A DNA stretch of 64,000 nucleotides from an uncultured delta proteobacterium (GTDB lineage: Bacteria > Myxococcota_A > UBA9160 > SMWR01): NCBI GenBank assembly GCA_963832165.1, contig CAWHTE010000007.1, positions 480,001-544,000 on the forward strand, in the 5' to 3' direction. Positions 12,747 to 22,708 of the stretch are shown here, in pieces (position 1 is the first letter of the stretch; the number at the start of each line of letters is the position of its first letter). Position numbers and translations under genes: made by a program. The notes beneath the pieces are model-generated. The model was not told the DNA's origin, searched no databases, and saw only the letters and a list, made by a program, of their open reading frames with translations.

Positions 12747-14282
12747 GTGCCGGTGATCGACCGCGGTCCGCAAGTCCGCCTGCGCAGTGCCACCGACGCG
12801 CCCTACGACGACGCGATCGCGGCAGCCCGCACGTGTTATTCGGATCGCGTCGTGGCGCCCGAAGAGATCACGGACCGCCAGCGCGACAGCATCGGTCCGC
12901 TCACCTACGGCGGCGGCCACCACACGGTCTTCCAGCACGCCACGTTCGAGTTCGAGCTGTCGGGCATCTCGCGCCAGCTCGTGTGGTCGGTGCTGCACGG
13001 CTTCCCGTTCTACAACACCGAGCAGCAGAGCCAGCGCTACGTGAAGCTCGGCGAGCCGTCCGCGCACGTACCGCCCGAGCTCTCGGACGCCGCGCGCGAG
13101 GTGTACTGCGCGTCGGTCGAGCGCGCGTGGGGCGCCTATCGCGACCTCACCGAGCAGCTCGCGCCGATCGCGCGCGACATCCTCGGCGATCTCTGGCGCG
13201 TCGAGCGCCGCGCGAACAAGGCGTTCGGCAAGAGTCTCAAGCGCGAGGCGGAGAAGAAGGCGATCGAGACCGCGCGCTATGCGATCCCCGTCGCGTGCCA
13301 CACCGCGATGGTCTACACGGTCTCGGGCATCGTGATGCACCGGCTGCGCCGCATGGCGCGGGTGGGCGACGTACCCGGCGAGGCCGCGCGCGTGATCGGC
13401 CTCATGGTCGCCGAGGTGGAGCGGCTCGACCCGAGCTTCTTCGGCCGCGTCGGCGATGCGCCGCTCGAGCCCGACGCCGTGATCGAGACGGCGCTCGCGC
13501 CGTCTGGGCTCGGCGATCCGGCCGCGCTCGAGGCGTTCGACAAGTCGCTCGGCGGCCGCACGTCGCGGCTCGTCGACTGGAGCGCGCGCGCGCCCGAGGT
13601 GGTGGCCGATGCGGTGCGCCACGTGCTCGGCCGCATCGACCTCTCGGACGCCGACGCACTCGCGGCCGCGCTCGATCCCAGGATCAACCGCTACCGGCTC
13701 GAGCACCTCAACGTCTCGACGCACTCACCCGTGATGCGCGCACTCGCGCACGCGCACTTCGTGTTCCGCAAGAAGCTCTCGCACACCGCCGACTCGCAGG
13801 ATCAGCGCCACCGCACGGTGCCGGGCTCGCGCCCGCTGCTCTCGCGCACCGTGCCCGGCTCGCCCGACGTCATCGCGCCGGAGCTGATTCGCGGCGACCC
13901 GACGTGTCACATGCTCTTCGAGGATGCGATCGCCGAGCAGTGGAAGGCGCGCGCGCGGCTGCTCGAGCTCGGCGCGAGCCCGGAGGTCGCGCTCTACGTG
14001 CTGCCGAACGCGCTCGCCGTCCGCTTCGAGGAGTCGGGCACGCTGCTCGACCTGATCCACAAGTGGACGATGCGCAGCTGTCTGAACGCGCAGTGGGAGA
14101 TCTGGCGCGCCTCGATGGACGAGATCGAGCAGGTGAGTTCCGTGCACCCGACCCTGATGGAGCACGTGGGCCCGCCGTGCGTGGTGCGCAATGGGCTCGC
14201 GCGGCCGCGCTGCACCGAGGGATCGCACTTCTGCGGGATTCCGGTCTGGCGCACCTTCCCCGAGGTCGAGCGCAGAATTTGA
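12747..14282 (+). CDS. thyX: FAD-dependent thymidylate synthase with tandem duplicated ThyX domains (start uncertain: GTG 12732 or 12747)
   Basis: GHHTVFQH..ISR..EQQSQRYV in repeat 1; HSP..SHTADSQDQRHR, LPNA and NAQWEI in repeat 2. Confidence 0.8.
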   Translation: MPVIDRGPQVRLRSATDAPYDDAIAAARTCYSDRVVAPEEITDRQRDSIGPLTYGGGHHTVFQHATFEFELSGISRQLVWSVLHGFPFYNTEQQSQRYVKLGEPSAHVPPELSDAAREVYCASVERAWGAYRDLTEQLAPIARDILGDLWRVERRANKAFGKSLKREAEKKAIETARYAIPVACHTAMVYTVSGIVMHRLRRMARVGDVPGEAARVIGLMVAEVERLDPSFFGRVGDAPLEPDAVIETALAPSGLGDPAALEAFDKSLGGRTSRLVDWSARAPEVVADAVRHVLGRIDLSDADALAAALDPRINRYRLEHLNVSTHSPVMRALAHAHFVFRKKLSHTADSQDQRHRTVPGSRPLLSRTVPGSPDVIAPELIRGDPTCHMLFEDAIAEQWKARARLLELGASPEVALYVLPNALAVRFEESGTLLDLIHKWTMRSCLNAQWEIWRASMDEIEQVSSVHPTLMEHVGPPCVVRNGLARPRCTEGSHFCGIPVWRTFPEVERRI

Positions 14283-14755
14283 GCGCCGACGGCGAACCGC
14301 GGCGCGCGACGCACGGCGATCTCGCCGGGGTGGGCACGCTCTGGCTGGAGCTCACGCGCCATCACGCCACCTTCGACCCCCACTTCGCGCTGCGCGAGGG
14401 AGCCGAGGCCGAGGCGCGGCGCCTGCTCGCGGCGCAGATGCGCGACCGCGATACGGCGATCTTCGTCGCCGGGGAGCCAGATCGGCCCCAGGCGTTCGCG
14501 ATCGTCTCCGTGCGGCGCGCGCCGCCGATCCACCCCGAGACCTGCCGCGCCGAGATCACGGATCTGTTCGTGGCCCCCGAGCTCCGTCGGCGCGGATGCG
14601 GGCGCGCGCTGGTGACCGCGGCAACGCGCTGGGCTCACGACCGCGGCGCCGAGCGCGTCGAGGCGCGCGTCTCGTCGCGAAACCTCGATGCGCGCGCGTT
14701 CTGGCGCGCGCAGGGCTATGGCCCGCACATGGACGTGCTGCACCGTCGACTCTAG
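14279..14755 (+). CDS. GNAT family N-acetyltransferase
   Basis: ITDLFVAPELRRRGCGRAL acetyl-CoA motif and NLDARAFW..QGY; TTG start overlaps the thyX stop. Confidence 0.82.
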   Translation: MSADGEPRRATHGDLAGVGTLWLELTRHHATFDPHFALREGAEAEARRLLAAQMRDRDTAIFVAGEPDRPQAFAIVSVRRAPPIHPETCRAEITDLFVAPELRRRGCGRALVTAATRWAHDRGAERVEARVSSRNLDARAFWRAQGYGPHMDVLHRRL

Positions 14756-14793
14756 ATGCGATAGATTCGCCCGACCGCGAATCCCGGTACCAC

Positions 14794-16140
14794 ATGTCCC
14801 CCGCACACACCGGTGAAGAGAACATCCTCCCGCTAGCGCGCGAGCTGAACGAGCGCCTCGCGAAGGCCGCGCCCGAGGTGTTCGAGATGCTCTCGGCGCT
14901 GGGGCGGCGGCTCTACTTCCCGAAGGGGATCCTCACCCAGGGCGCCGAGGCGAAGCAGAAGGCGCACCGGATCAACGCGACGATCGGCATCGCGACCGAG
15001 AACGGCCAGCCGATGCACCTGCCGTCGATCGCGGCTCACCTCGTGGGCATCTCCCCCGACGAGGCGTTCAACTACGCGCCGCCCGCGGGCCAGCAGAAGC
15101 TGCGCGAGCGCTGGCGCGACAAGATCATCGCGGAGAACCCGGGCCTGGTCGGCCGCTCGTTCGGACTGCCGATCGTCACGAGTGCGATCACCCACGGGCT
15201 CATGCTCGCGGGCGACCTGTTCGTGGATCCCGGAGACGTGATCGTCCTGCCCGACAAGCTCTGGGGCAACTACCGGCTCACCTACGAGGTGCGGCTCGGC
15301 GCGCGCATCCTCACCCATCCCTTCTTCGCGGGCGACGGCTTCGACTGCGCGAGCTTCGCAAGCGCGATCGAGGAGGCCGCAACCGGGCGCGAGAAGGTGA
15401 TCGCGCTCTTGAACTTCCCGAACAACCCGACCGGCTACATGCCCACCGCGGCGGAGAGCCGGTCGATCGCGGAGACCCTCCTGCGTCAGGCCGAGCGCGG
15501 CACGCGCGTGGTGGCGCTCCTCGACGACGCGTACTTCGGGCTCTTCTATCACCTCGGGGGCGAGTCGGCGACGCACTCGCTCTTCGCGGACCTCGTGAAC
15601 CGGCACCCGAACCTGCTCGCCATCCGCCTCGACGGCGCCACCAAGGAGCTGTTCGTCTGGGGCCTGCGCTGCGGCTTCATCACCTTCGGTCCCGGGCGCG
15701 CCGCGAGCGCCCCGGAGGTGTGTGACGTGCTCGAGGCCAAGGTGAAGGGGGCCGTGCGCAGCGCGGTATCGAACGTGCCCCAGCTCTCCCAATCGATCGT
15801 GGGGAAGGCGCTCGCCTCGCCCGAGATCGCCGCGGAGCGGGCCCAGAAGAACGAGACGCTGCGCATCCGGGCGGAGCGGGTCTACGAGGTGGCCCGGGCG
15901 CCGCGCTTCCGCGAGAGCTGGAAGGTCTATCCCTTCAACAGCGGCTACTTCATGTGCGTCCAGATCGCGGGCGTCGAAGCCGAGCGGGTCCGCCTGCACC
16001 TGCTCGACGCCTATGGCATCGGCACGATCGCCACCGGAGGCCACGATCTCCGCATCGCGTTCTCGTGCCTCGAGGTCGGTGAGGTGGAGAATCTGTTCGA
16101 AACGCTCCACCGCGCGGTTCAGGAACTGCGTTCCACCTGA
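14794..16140 (+). CDS. PLP-dependent aminotransferase class I/II
   Basis: INATIG, NFPNNPTGY, DDAY and DGATKELFVWGLRCGF (PLP lysine). Confidence 0.88.
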   Translation: MSPAHTGEENILPLARELNERLAKAAPEVFEMLSALGRRLYFPKGILTQGAEAKQKAHRINATIGIATENGQPMHLPSIAAHLVGISPDEAFNYAPPAGQQKLRERWRDKIIAENPGLVGRSFGLPIVTSAITHGLMLAGDLFVDPGDVIVLPDKLWGNYRLTYEVRLGARILTHPFFAGDGFDCASFASAIEEAATGREKVIALLNFPNNPTGYMPTAAESRSIAETLLRQAERGTRVVALLDDAYFGLFYHLGGESATHSLFADLVNRHPNLLAIRLDGATKELFVWGLRCGFITFGPGRAASAPEVCDVLEAKVKGAVRSAVSNVPQLSQSIVGKALASPEIAAERAQKNETLRIRAERVYEVARAPRFRESWKVYPFNSGYFMCVQIAGVEAERVRLHLLDAYGIGTIATGGHDLRIAFSCLEVGEVENLFETLHRAVQELRST

Positions 16141-16350
16141 CAATTCGGGCTCAAGCCATTAGTGTTGCGCGCCGATTGCCGGAGGGTCCCGGTTCTCCTC
16201 GCGCGCCCCGTGGGGTACACGAATCTGAGCCGAGACTGTCGCGGTGGTCCAAGAAATCGTCTAGAAAGCTCCGATCAGTCCATAAACCGACTGGCGCGAT
16301 CCACCCCCAGGTTCCGCCCAAAAGCCTGAACCGAAGGAAGCAAGTCGCCG

Positions 16351-17691
16351 ATGTCGCACCAGCCGACCGGACCCGGACCCGAATCTCGTCGTCGGATCGA
16401 TCGCCACGCAGCAACCCGTTGGGCCGGTGCTGCGATCGCCGCTCTCGCTGTGATGGGCATGTCGACGGCCGCCCACGCGGACCCCGCGCGCAAGCGCGAC
16501 GGGTTTGCGCCGGCCGCCCCGCTGTCCGCACTCGCGGTCGCCCCGTCGGGAGCCCGCGGGCTGACCCCGCCGCGTCCGCCCGAGTGGCAGATCAGCGAGG
16601 GCGTGATCACGCGCGGCCGCACGCTCTCCGAGATGCTGCGCGCCGACGGCGTGTCGTCTCAATCGATCAACCAGATCGCGCAGGCGCTCAAGGGCCACTT
16701 CAACTTCCGGCGCGCGATGCCGGGCCACAGCTATCGGCTCGTCCTGGACGGCGCCGGGAGCGTTCAGGAATTCCGCTACCACCTCTCGCCGATCCAGAGC
16801 TACACGGTCGCGCGCGTCGGCGGGACGCTGCGCGTATCGATCGAGGAGGGCGAGCTCGAGGCCCGCTCGTCGCGCATCGCGGGAATCATCACCTCGACCC
16901 TTTACCAGTCGATCACGAACCTGGGCGAGGACGGGTCGCTCGCGCGCGATTTCGCGGACATCTTCGCGTGGGACGTCGACTTCCAGCGCAAGGTCCGCCC
17001 GGGCGACAGCTATCAGATCCTCTACGAGCGGCTCTACCGCGAGTTCGGCGGCCGAGAGACCTACGTGCGGCCGGGACGGATTCTCGCGGCGCGTTTCCAG
17101 GGACAGGCCGGCACCTACACCTCCGTCTACTTCGAAGCGCGCGACGGACGCGGCGGCTACTACCGGCCCGACGGCTCGTCGGTCGAGGGCGAGTTCCTGA
17201 TGGCGCCCCTGCGCCACGCGCGGATCACCTCGAGCTACAGCTCGGCGCGGCGCCACCCCATCCTCAAGGTCACGCGGCCCCACCGCGGCATCGACTATGC
17301 GGCCTCGATCGGCACGCCGGTCTGGTCGGTCGCGGATGGCGTCGTGATCCAGCGCAGCTGGACGGGCGGGAACGGGAACTTCGTCCAGGTGCGGCACGAC
17401 AACGGCTACGTGTCCTCCTACGCGCACCTGTCGCGCTATGCGGACGGGCTGCGCGTTGGCGACCGGGTCGAGCAGAAGCAGGTGATCGGCTTCGTCGGTC
17501 AGACCGGGCTCGCCACGGGCCCGCACGTCTGTTTCCGGATCCAGAAGCACGGCCGGTACGTCGACCCGTCCGGGCTGCGGGTGCCCGCGGGCCTGCCGAT
17601 CTCGAAGTCGCAGGTGGCACTGTTCCGCGCCACGCGCGACCTGCGCCTCGCCGAGCTCGCAGGGCAGCGCCGGATGGCGGACGGCCAGTAG
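16351..17691 (+). CDS. M23 family peptidoglycan endopeptidase (MepM/Csd3-like; start uncertain)
   Basis: RITSSY..RRHPIL..HRGIDYAA, YAHLS, GQTGLATGPH; OapA-like N-domain with DIFAWDVDF. Confidence 0.88.
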   Translation: MSHQPTGPGPESRRRIDRHAATRWAGAAIAALAVMGMSTAAHADPARKRDGFAPAAPLSALAVAPSGARGLTPPRPPEWQISEGVITRGRTLSEMLRADGVSSQSINQIAQALKGHFNFRRAMPGHSYRLVLDGAGSVQEFRYHLSPIQSYTVARVGGTLRVSIEEGELEARSSRIAGIITSTLYQSITNLGEDGSLARDFADIFAWDVDFQRKVRPGDSYQILYERLYREFGGRETYVRPGRILAARFQGQAGTYTSVYFEARDGRGGYYRPDGSSVEGEFLMAPLRHARITSSYSSARRHPILKVTRPHRGIDYAASIGTPVWSVADGVVIQRSWTGGNGNFVQVRHDNGYVSSYAHLSRYADGLRVGDRVEQKQVIGFVGQTGLATGPHVCFRIQKHGRYVDPSGLRVPAGLPISKSQVALFRATRDLRLAELAGQRRMADGQ

Positions 17692-17789
17692 GCCGGGGTC
17701 CGCGCAGTACCCTTTTCTGCTCGCCGGCATCTGTGCGAGCATTCCTCTATGTGCGAATCCCCCGCGCAGCGCCCGCACTGGAGCGGTCC

Positions 17790-18221
17790 TTGACCCCCAC
17801 TGCTTTGTCGGCGCGTCTGGCGACCCTGGGCCGCGAACTCGGCGAGCGCGAGGCGGTACACGGCGAAGGGCTCGAGCGCGCACGCAAGTGCGTCGAGGAG
17901 CTGCACGGCGAGGTCGTCGCGGCGCTCGAGGGGTTCCACCGCTCCGCGTCCGCCGCGGGCGCCCCCCACCTGCGCGTGGAGGTCTCGCCGGTCCGGGTCG
18001 ACGACAAGCACCTGCGCTCGGTCGAGTTCGAGCTCGTGCGCGGCCGCTACCGAGCGATCATCACCGCCAAGAGCCGCGGCGACGTCACGTTCGTGGGCCC
18101 GTTCCGCTCCGGAAAGATCGAAGGCCCCTGCAAGAGCTACCCGATCGACGCCCGGGACGAGGTCCAGGGCGCGCTGGCGGACTTCCTCGAGATCTTTCTC
18201 GAGGAGGCGGCCACCCCCTAG
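17790..18221 (+). CDS. Hypothetical protein
   Basis: GGAG RBS before TTG; coherent non-shadow composition (DDKHLRSVEFEL..FVGPF..GKIEGPC); fills the gap before gshA. Confidence 0.6.
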   Translation: MTPTALSARLATLGRELGEREAVHGEGLERARKCVEELHGEVVAALEGFHRSASAAGAPHLRVEVSPVRVDDKHLRSVEFELVRGRYRAIITAKSRGDVTFVGPFRSGKIEGPCKSYPIDARDEVQGALADFLEIFLEEAATP

Positions 18222-18244
18222 AGCGCCCTCGGACGGAACCCCGC

Positions 18245-19597
18245 TTGAGTGACCTCTCCGCGCGCGTCGAATCCATCGATCAGCTCGTCGATTTCATTCG
18301 CTCGGGCGAGAAGCCGCCCGAGCGCTGGCGGGTCGGTACCGAGCACGAGAAGATCGGCCTCTACGCGGGCACCAATCGCCCGGTGCCCTACGAAGGACCG
18401 CGCGGGATCGGGGCACTCTTGCGCCGGATCGCCGAGATCGAGGACGGCTGGCAGTCCGTACTCGAGGCGGGCCAGCCGATCGCGCTAACCCACGAGAACG
18501 GAGCGAGCATCACGCTCGAGCCAGGCGGGCAGTTCGAGCTCTCGGGCGCACCGCTGCGCACGATCCACGAGACCTGCGACGAGTTCCACTCGCACCTCGC
18601 GCTGATGCGGAGCGCGAACGAGGGGTTCGACATCAACTGGCTCGGGCTCGGCATCAACCCGCTCTACGGCGTGGTCGACGTGCCCGTGATGCCGAAGGCG
18701 CGCTACCGGATCATGCGCGCGTACCTGCCGAGCCACGGTTCGATGTCGCTCGAGATGATGTTCACCACCGCCACCGTGCAGGCGAACTTCGACTACGCGT
18801 CCGAGTCCGACATGGTGGAGAAGATGCGGATGGCGCTCGCGGTGTCGCCGATCGTCTCGGCGATCTTCGCGAACTCGAGCTTGTCCGAGGGCAAGGCGAA
18901 CGGCTTCGTGTCGCGCCGCCTCCACATCTGGCAGAACACCGATCCGGATCGCACCGGCATGCTCGGCTTCGCCTACGACGAGGACTTCGGCTACCGGCGC
19001 TACGTCGAGTGGGCGCTCGACGTGCCGATGTTCTTCCTGGTGCGCGACCACGAGTACCGCCCCGCGAACGGGCTCACGTTCCGGCGCTTCGTCGAGTCGG
19101 GCCTGGATGGCCAGCGCGCCACGATCGCGGACTGGGAGCGTCACCTCACCACGGCGTTCCCGGAGGTGCGGCTCAAGCGCGTGCTCGAGATGCGCGGCGC
19201 CGACGCGGTGCCGCCCGGGCTCACCTGCTCGCTGCCCGCGTTCTGGAAGGGGTTGCTCTACGACGCGCAGTCGCTCGCGGCCGCGTGGGAGCGCCTGCGC
19301 ATCCACTCGCTCGCCGCGCGCGAGGCCGCGCGCGTGGACGTCGCGCGTCGCGGGCTCGCGGCGCGCTACGGCGACGAGCCCGTGCTCGAGATCGCGCGCG
19401 ATCTCGCGCAGTTGTCGCGCGACGGCCTGCGCCGGCTCCGGCACGCCGGACGACGCGACCCCGACGAGACCGGTTTCCTCGATCCCGTGTTCGAGCAGCT
19501 CGAGCTGGGACGGAGCCCGGGTCAGGTGGTCATCGATCGTTGGGAGGGCGAGTGGCAGCGCTCGGTGGATCGACTGATCGAATACGCGCGATACTGA
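18245..19597 (+). CDS. gshA: Glutamate--cysteine ligase (plant/alphaproteobacterial GCS2 type)
   Basis: GTEHEK, TLEPGGQFELSG, MPKARYRIM, TVQANFD and FPEVRLK..LEMRGAD. Confidence 0.93.
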   Translation: MSDLSARVESIDQLVDFIRSGEKPPERWRVGTEHEKIGLYAGTNRPVPYEGPRGIGALLRRIAEIEDGWQSVLEAGQPIALTHENGASITLEPGGQFELSGAPLRTIHETCDEFHSHLALMRSANEGFDINWLGLGINPLYGVVDVPVMPKARYRIMRAYLPSHGSMSLEMMFTTATVQANFDYASESDMVEKMRMALAVSPIVSAIFANSSLSEGKANGFVSRRLHIWQNTDPDRTGMLGFAYDEDFGYRRYVEWALDVPMFFLVRDHEYRPANGLTFRRFVESGLDGQRATIADWERHLTTAFPEVRLKRVLEMRGADAVPPGLTCSLPAFWKGLLYDAQSLAAAWERLRIHSLAAREAARVDVARRGLAARYGDEPVLEIARDLAQLSRDGLRRLRHAGRRDPDETGFLDPVFEQLELGRSPGQVVIDRWEGEWQRSVDRLIEYARY

Positions 19598-19601
19598 GTC
19601 C

Positions 19602-20735
19602 GTGATGGACACCGCCCGGCCCAGAATCCTGGTCGTCGACGACGAGGAAGCGATCCTCGAGACGATGAGCTTCACGTTCGAGGACGACTACGAAGTCGTC
19701 ACCTCGACCGACCCGCGCCGCGCGCTCGACATGCTCGACACGAAGGGCCCGTTCGCGGTCGTGCTCACCGACCAGCGCATGCCCGACATGAGCGGGGTCG
19801 AATTCGTGGCGGAGGTATGGCGCCGCCACCCGACCACCGTGCGCATGATCCTGACCGGCTTCTCGGACATGGATGCGATCATCCAGGCGATCAACGCGGG
19901 CCACGTCTACGCCTACATCACCAAGCCCTGGGAGCCCGACCAGCTCAAGCAGTTGATGAAGCAGGCGGTCGAGCACCACAAGCTCGCGGTCGAGAACGAG
20001 CGCCTGCTCGCGGACCTCTCGCGCGCCAACCGCTTCCTCGAGGCCGTGATCGACGAGCTCGATTCGGGCGCGATCGCGCTCGATCAGGCCGGTGTGATCC
20101 AGGCGATCAACCGCCCCGTGCGCGAGTACTTCGGACTCGAGCGCGATCCGCGCGGGCGCCGCTTCGACGAGCTGCTCAAGGACAAGGGGCTCGAGGCGGT
20201 CGCGGCGGCCACGCTCGCGGTGGCCACCGAGGACGGCCCCACCTACAGCGACATGGACATCGGCCAGCACCGCTTCCGCATCACGAGCCGGCGCCTCTCC
20301 GCGCAGGGCGAGGCGCTCGGGCGCGTGGTGTTGTTCCGCGAGGTCTCGCACGAGCCGCTGCGCCGCCGCTTCGACGACCTCGTCGGCGAGTGGGTGTCCT
20401 GCGACGGCCCCGTGCGCGCGCACTTCGAGCAGGGGCGCGGACAGCTGATCGAGCTCGGCGAAGCCGTGCGCGGGGCGTCCGTGCAGACGCCGGGCATGAA
20501 GGAGCTCGCCGATCGCATCTCGCGCGCGCGCACGTCGGTCGAGAACTGGCTCGCCGTGGACGATGCGCTCGCGAGCGAGGAGTACCCGGACGCGCAGGTG
20601 CTCCAGGACCGCATGCGCGTCGCGAGCGCGCGGTGGCCGCTCGGCGACGAGTTGCCGCCGCGGGTCGCCGACCTCGCGCAGCGCGTTGCCGACTACTACG
20701 AGTCCGGCGAGCAGCTGCGCGAAGCGACACTCTGA
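19602..20735 (+). CDS. Response regulator: REC + PAS + unknown helical C-domain
   Basis: VVDDE, TDQRMP, ILTG, TKPW; PAS-like segment LDSGAIALD..IQAIN. Confidence 0.8.
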   Translation: MMDTARPRILVVDDEEAILETMSFTFEDDYEVVTSTDPRRALDMLDTKGPFAVVLTDQRMPDMSGVEFVAEVWRRHPTTVRMILTGFSDMDAIIQAINAGHVYAYITKPWEPDQLKQLMKQAVEHHKLAVENERLLADLSRANRFLEAVIDELDSGAIALDQAGVIQAINRPVREYFGLERDPRGRRFDELLKDKGLEAVAAATLAVATEDGPTYSDMDIGQHRFRITSRRLSAQGEALGRVVLFREVSHEPLRRRFDDLVGEWVSCDGPVRAHFEQGRGQLIELGEAVRGASVQTPGMKELADRISRARTSVENWLAVDDALASEEYPDAQVLQDRMRVASARWPLGDELPPRVADLAQRVADYYESGEQLREATL

Positions 20736-20740
20736 ACCGA

Positions 20741-22402
20741 GTGGCAGCCCAAAGCGCACCCCTCGAACGGCTCGAGCTCCGGGTGGAGCGGCTGAATCTC
20801 GTGTTCCGCTTCACCTACGCGTTCCACGCGCGCGAGGTGCGCTTCGAGTGCGACCGCGGCGACGGCTACCAGCGCGTGTTCCCCGAGACGTTCTCGTTCC
20901 ACGCCGATCGCCACGATCCCGCCGAGCTGTTCCTCCAGCTCGCGGATCTCGGCGAGAAGCCGCAGCTGCTCGCCGAGCACGCGCGCCGGCGCGACTCCGA
21001 GCTCTTGATCGCGCGCCTGCTGGTCGCGGCGCCGCGCTACCTCGAGCGCGTGCTGCACGCGCTCGAAGCGGATACGCGCCTCGAGCCGAAGCGGCTCGAG
21101 CAGATCTACGCCGATCTCGCGCTGCTCTCCGAGGTGATGGCGCGCTTTGCGTCGGGGCGCGACACCGAGAATCACCCGGGCCTGCGCACGTCGCTGTTTC
21201 ACCTGCGCAAGCTCCTGTTCGGCGCGCTCGATCACCTCGTGCAGCGCCGCGTCTCGCCCGACTATCTCGAGGGCTATGTCTCGGGGCGGATCGACCCGGT
21301 CGATCCCGTCGACGATCTCTCGGAGGCGGGCTTCTTCCACGCGATCGACCACGGCGACCCCGACACCGTGAACCGCGTGCTGCTGCGGCTCGCCGAGCGC
21401 GCGTTCTACCGCTGGCTCGAAGACGTCTGTCTCGACGAGAGCAACGGCGCGTTCGAGGCCGAGAACTCTCCGTTCGCGAGCCGCGAGGCCGAGGTGCGCG
21501 CCGCGATCAGCCGCGAGCACACGCCGCTCGTGTGCCGCGGCCGCGAGCTTGCGCCCTACCTGCGCCGGCTCGGCAACCGCGACGTGTTGCGCGTGCTCGG
21601 GAAGCTCGAGTCGTGGTTCCTGCACCAGTACGACATCCACCACGCCGCCGCGATGATCCAGCACGCCGACAACGTCGCGAAGGAGAAGCTCGACGCGGAC
21701 TCGATCCTGTCGCGCCACAACACGCCCAACTATCTCGCCGCGCTGATCGCGATCGCGAGCCCGTTCGTGGCAGCGGCCTTGCTCTACGACCGCGCACCGC
21801 GCGTGTTCGACTGGATGTGCGCGTTCGAGGTCGCGTGCGTGAACATCACCGTGGCCTGGTTCATGATCTACCGCTTCCTGTGGCGCCGCGAGCTCACACT
21901 CTTCCACGCGTCGGTGCCGCGCATTCTCGCGGGCATCATCGTGGGCTACCTGCCGATCTTCTTCATCGACGAGGTGTGGAGCCTCGCCGCGCAGTCCTGG
22001 CGCACGCTCGCCACGATCGTGGCGCTGCTCGGCTCGGCGACGCTGCTCTTCCTCTACGTCGAGGTGCAGCGCCGACTCGGCGGCAACGCGGTGGCGTTCG
22101 CGCGCGCGCGCCAGATCTTCCTGCTCGGCCTGCTCCAGGCCACCGGCATCGGCATCCTGCTCACGGGCATGATCGGGCACTTCATGGCCGCGCGCGCGTG
22201 GCAGGGGTCGAGCGCCAGCATGACGATCGAGATGCTGCGCTCCGCGTCGCCGCCGTTCATCGGCGAGCTTCCGCTCGTGCTCGGCGTCGCCCCCTACTAC
22301 GTCTTTCCGTCGGCCGTGTTCATGATGGCGTTCATGTCGTTCTTCATCGGGACCTTCCTGCAGCTGCTCTGGGAAGACATCCCGATCACCGAACCGCTCT
22401 GA
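20741..22402 (+). CDS. Hypothetical membrane protein: large soluble N-domain plus about 6 C-terminal TM helices
   Basis: GTG 5 nt after the upstream stop; hydrophobic C-terminal third ending LQLLWEDIPITEPL. Confidence 0.7.
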   Translation: MAAQSAPLERLELRVERLNLVFRFTYAFHAREVRFECDRGDGYQRVFPETFSFHADRHDPAELFLQLADLGEKPQLLAEHARRRDSELLIARLLVAAPRYLERVLHALEADTRLEPKRLEQIYADLALLSEVMARFASGRDTENHPGLRTSLFHLRKLLFGALDHLVQRRVSPDYLEGYVSGRIDPVDPVDDLSEAGFFHAIDHGDPDTVNRVLLRLAERAFYRWLEDVCLDESNGAFEAENSPFASREAEVRAAISREHTPLVCRGRELAPYLRRLGNRDVLRVLGKLESWFLHQYDIHHAAAMIQHADNVAKEKLDADSILSRHNTPNYLAALIAIASPFVAAALLYDRAPRVFDWMCAFEVACVNITVAWFMIYRFLWRRELTLFHASVPRILAGIIVGYLPIFFIDEVWSLAAQSWRTLATIVALLGSATLLFLYVEVQRRLGGNAVAFARARQIFLLGLLQATGIGILLTGMIGHFMAARAWQGSSASMTIEMLRSASPPFIGELPLVLGVAPYYVFPSAVFMMAFMSFFIGTFLQLLWEDIPITEPL

Positions 22403-22448
22403 GCACTTCCGGCATCCAATCGCCTACCCTCGAAACCGAGCGTCCGCC

Positions 22449-22691
22449 GTGATCCAGATGTACTCGAAGAGCTGGTGCCCCTACTGCCGGATGGCCAAAC
22501 GCCTGCTCGCCGCGAAGGGCCAGAAGTGGGACGAGGTGGACATCGAGGAGCAGCCGGAGCGGCGCCGCGAGATGGTCGAGCGCAGCGGGCGCACCACGGT
22601 GCCACAGATCTGGATCGGCGAGCGGCACATCGGCGGCTACGACGAGCTCGCGCGCCTCGAGGCGTCGGGTGAGCTCGACGCGCTGTTGTAG
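22449..22691 (+). CDS. grxC: Glutaredoxin 3
   Basis: CPYC, TVPQI and HIGGYD motifs. Confidence 0.93.
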   Translation: MIQMYSKSWCPYCRMAKRLLAAKGQKWDEVDIEEQPERRREMVERSGRTTVPQIWIGERHIGGYDELARLEASGELDALL

Positions 22692-22708
22692 ACACCCATC
22701 GGAGAGCG

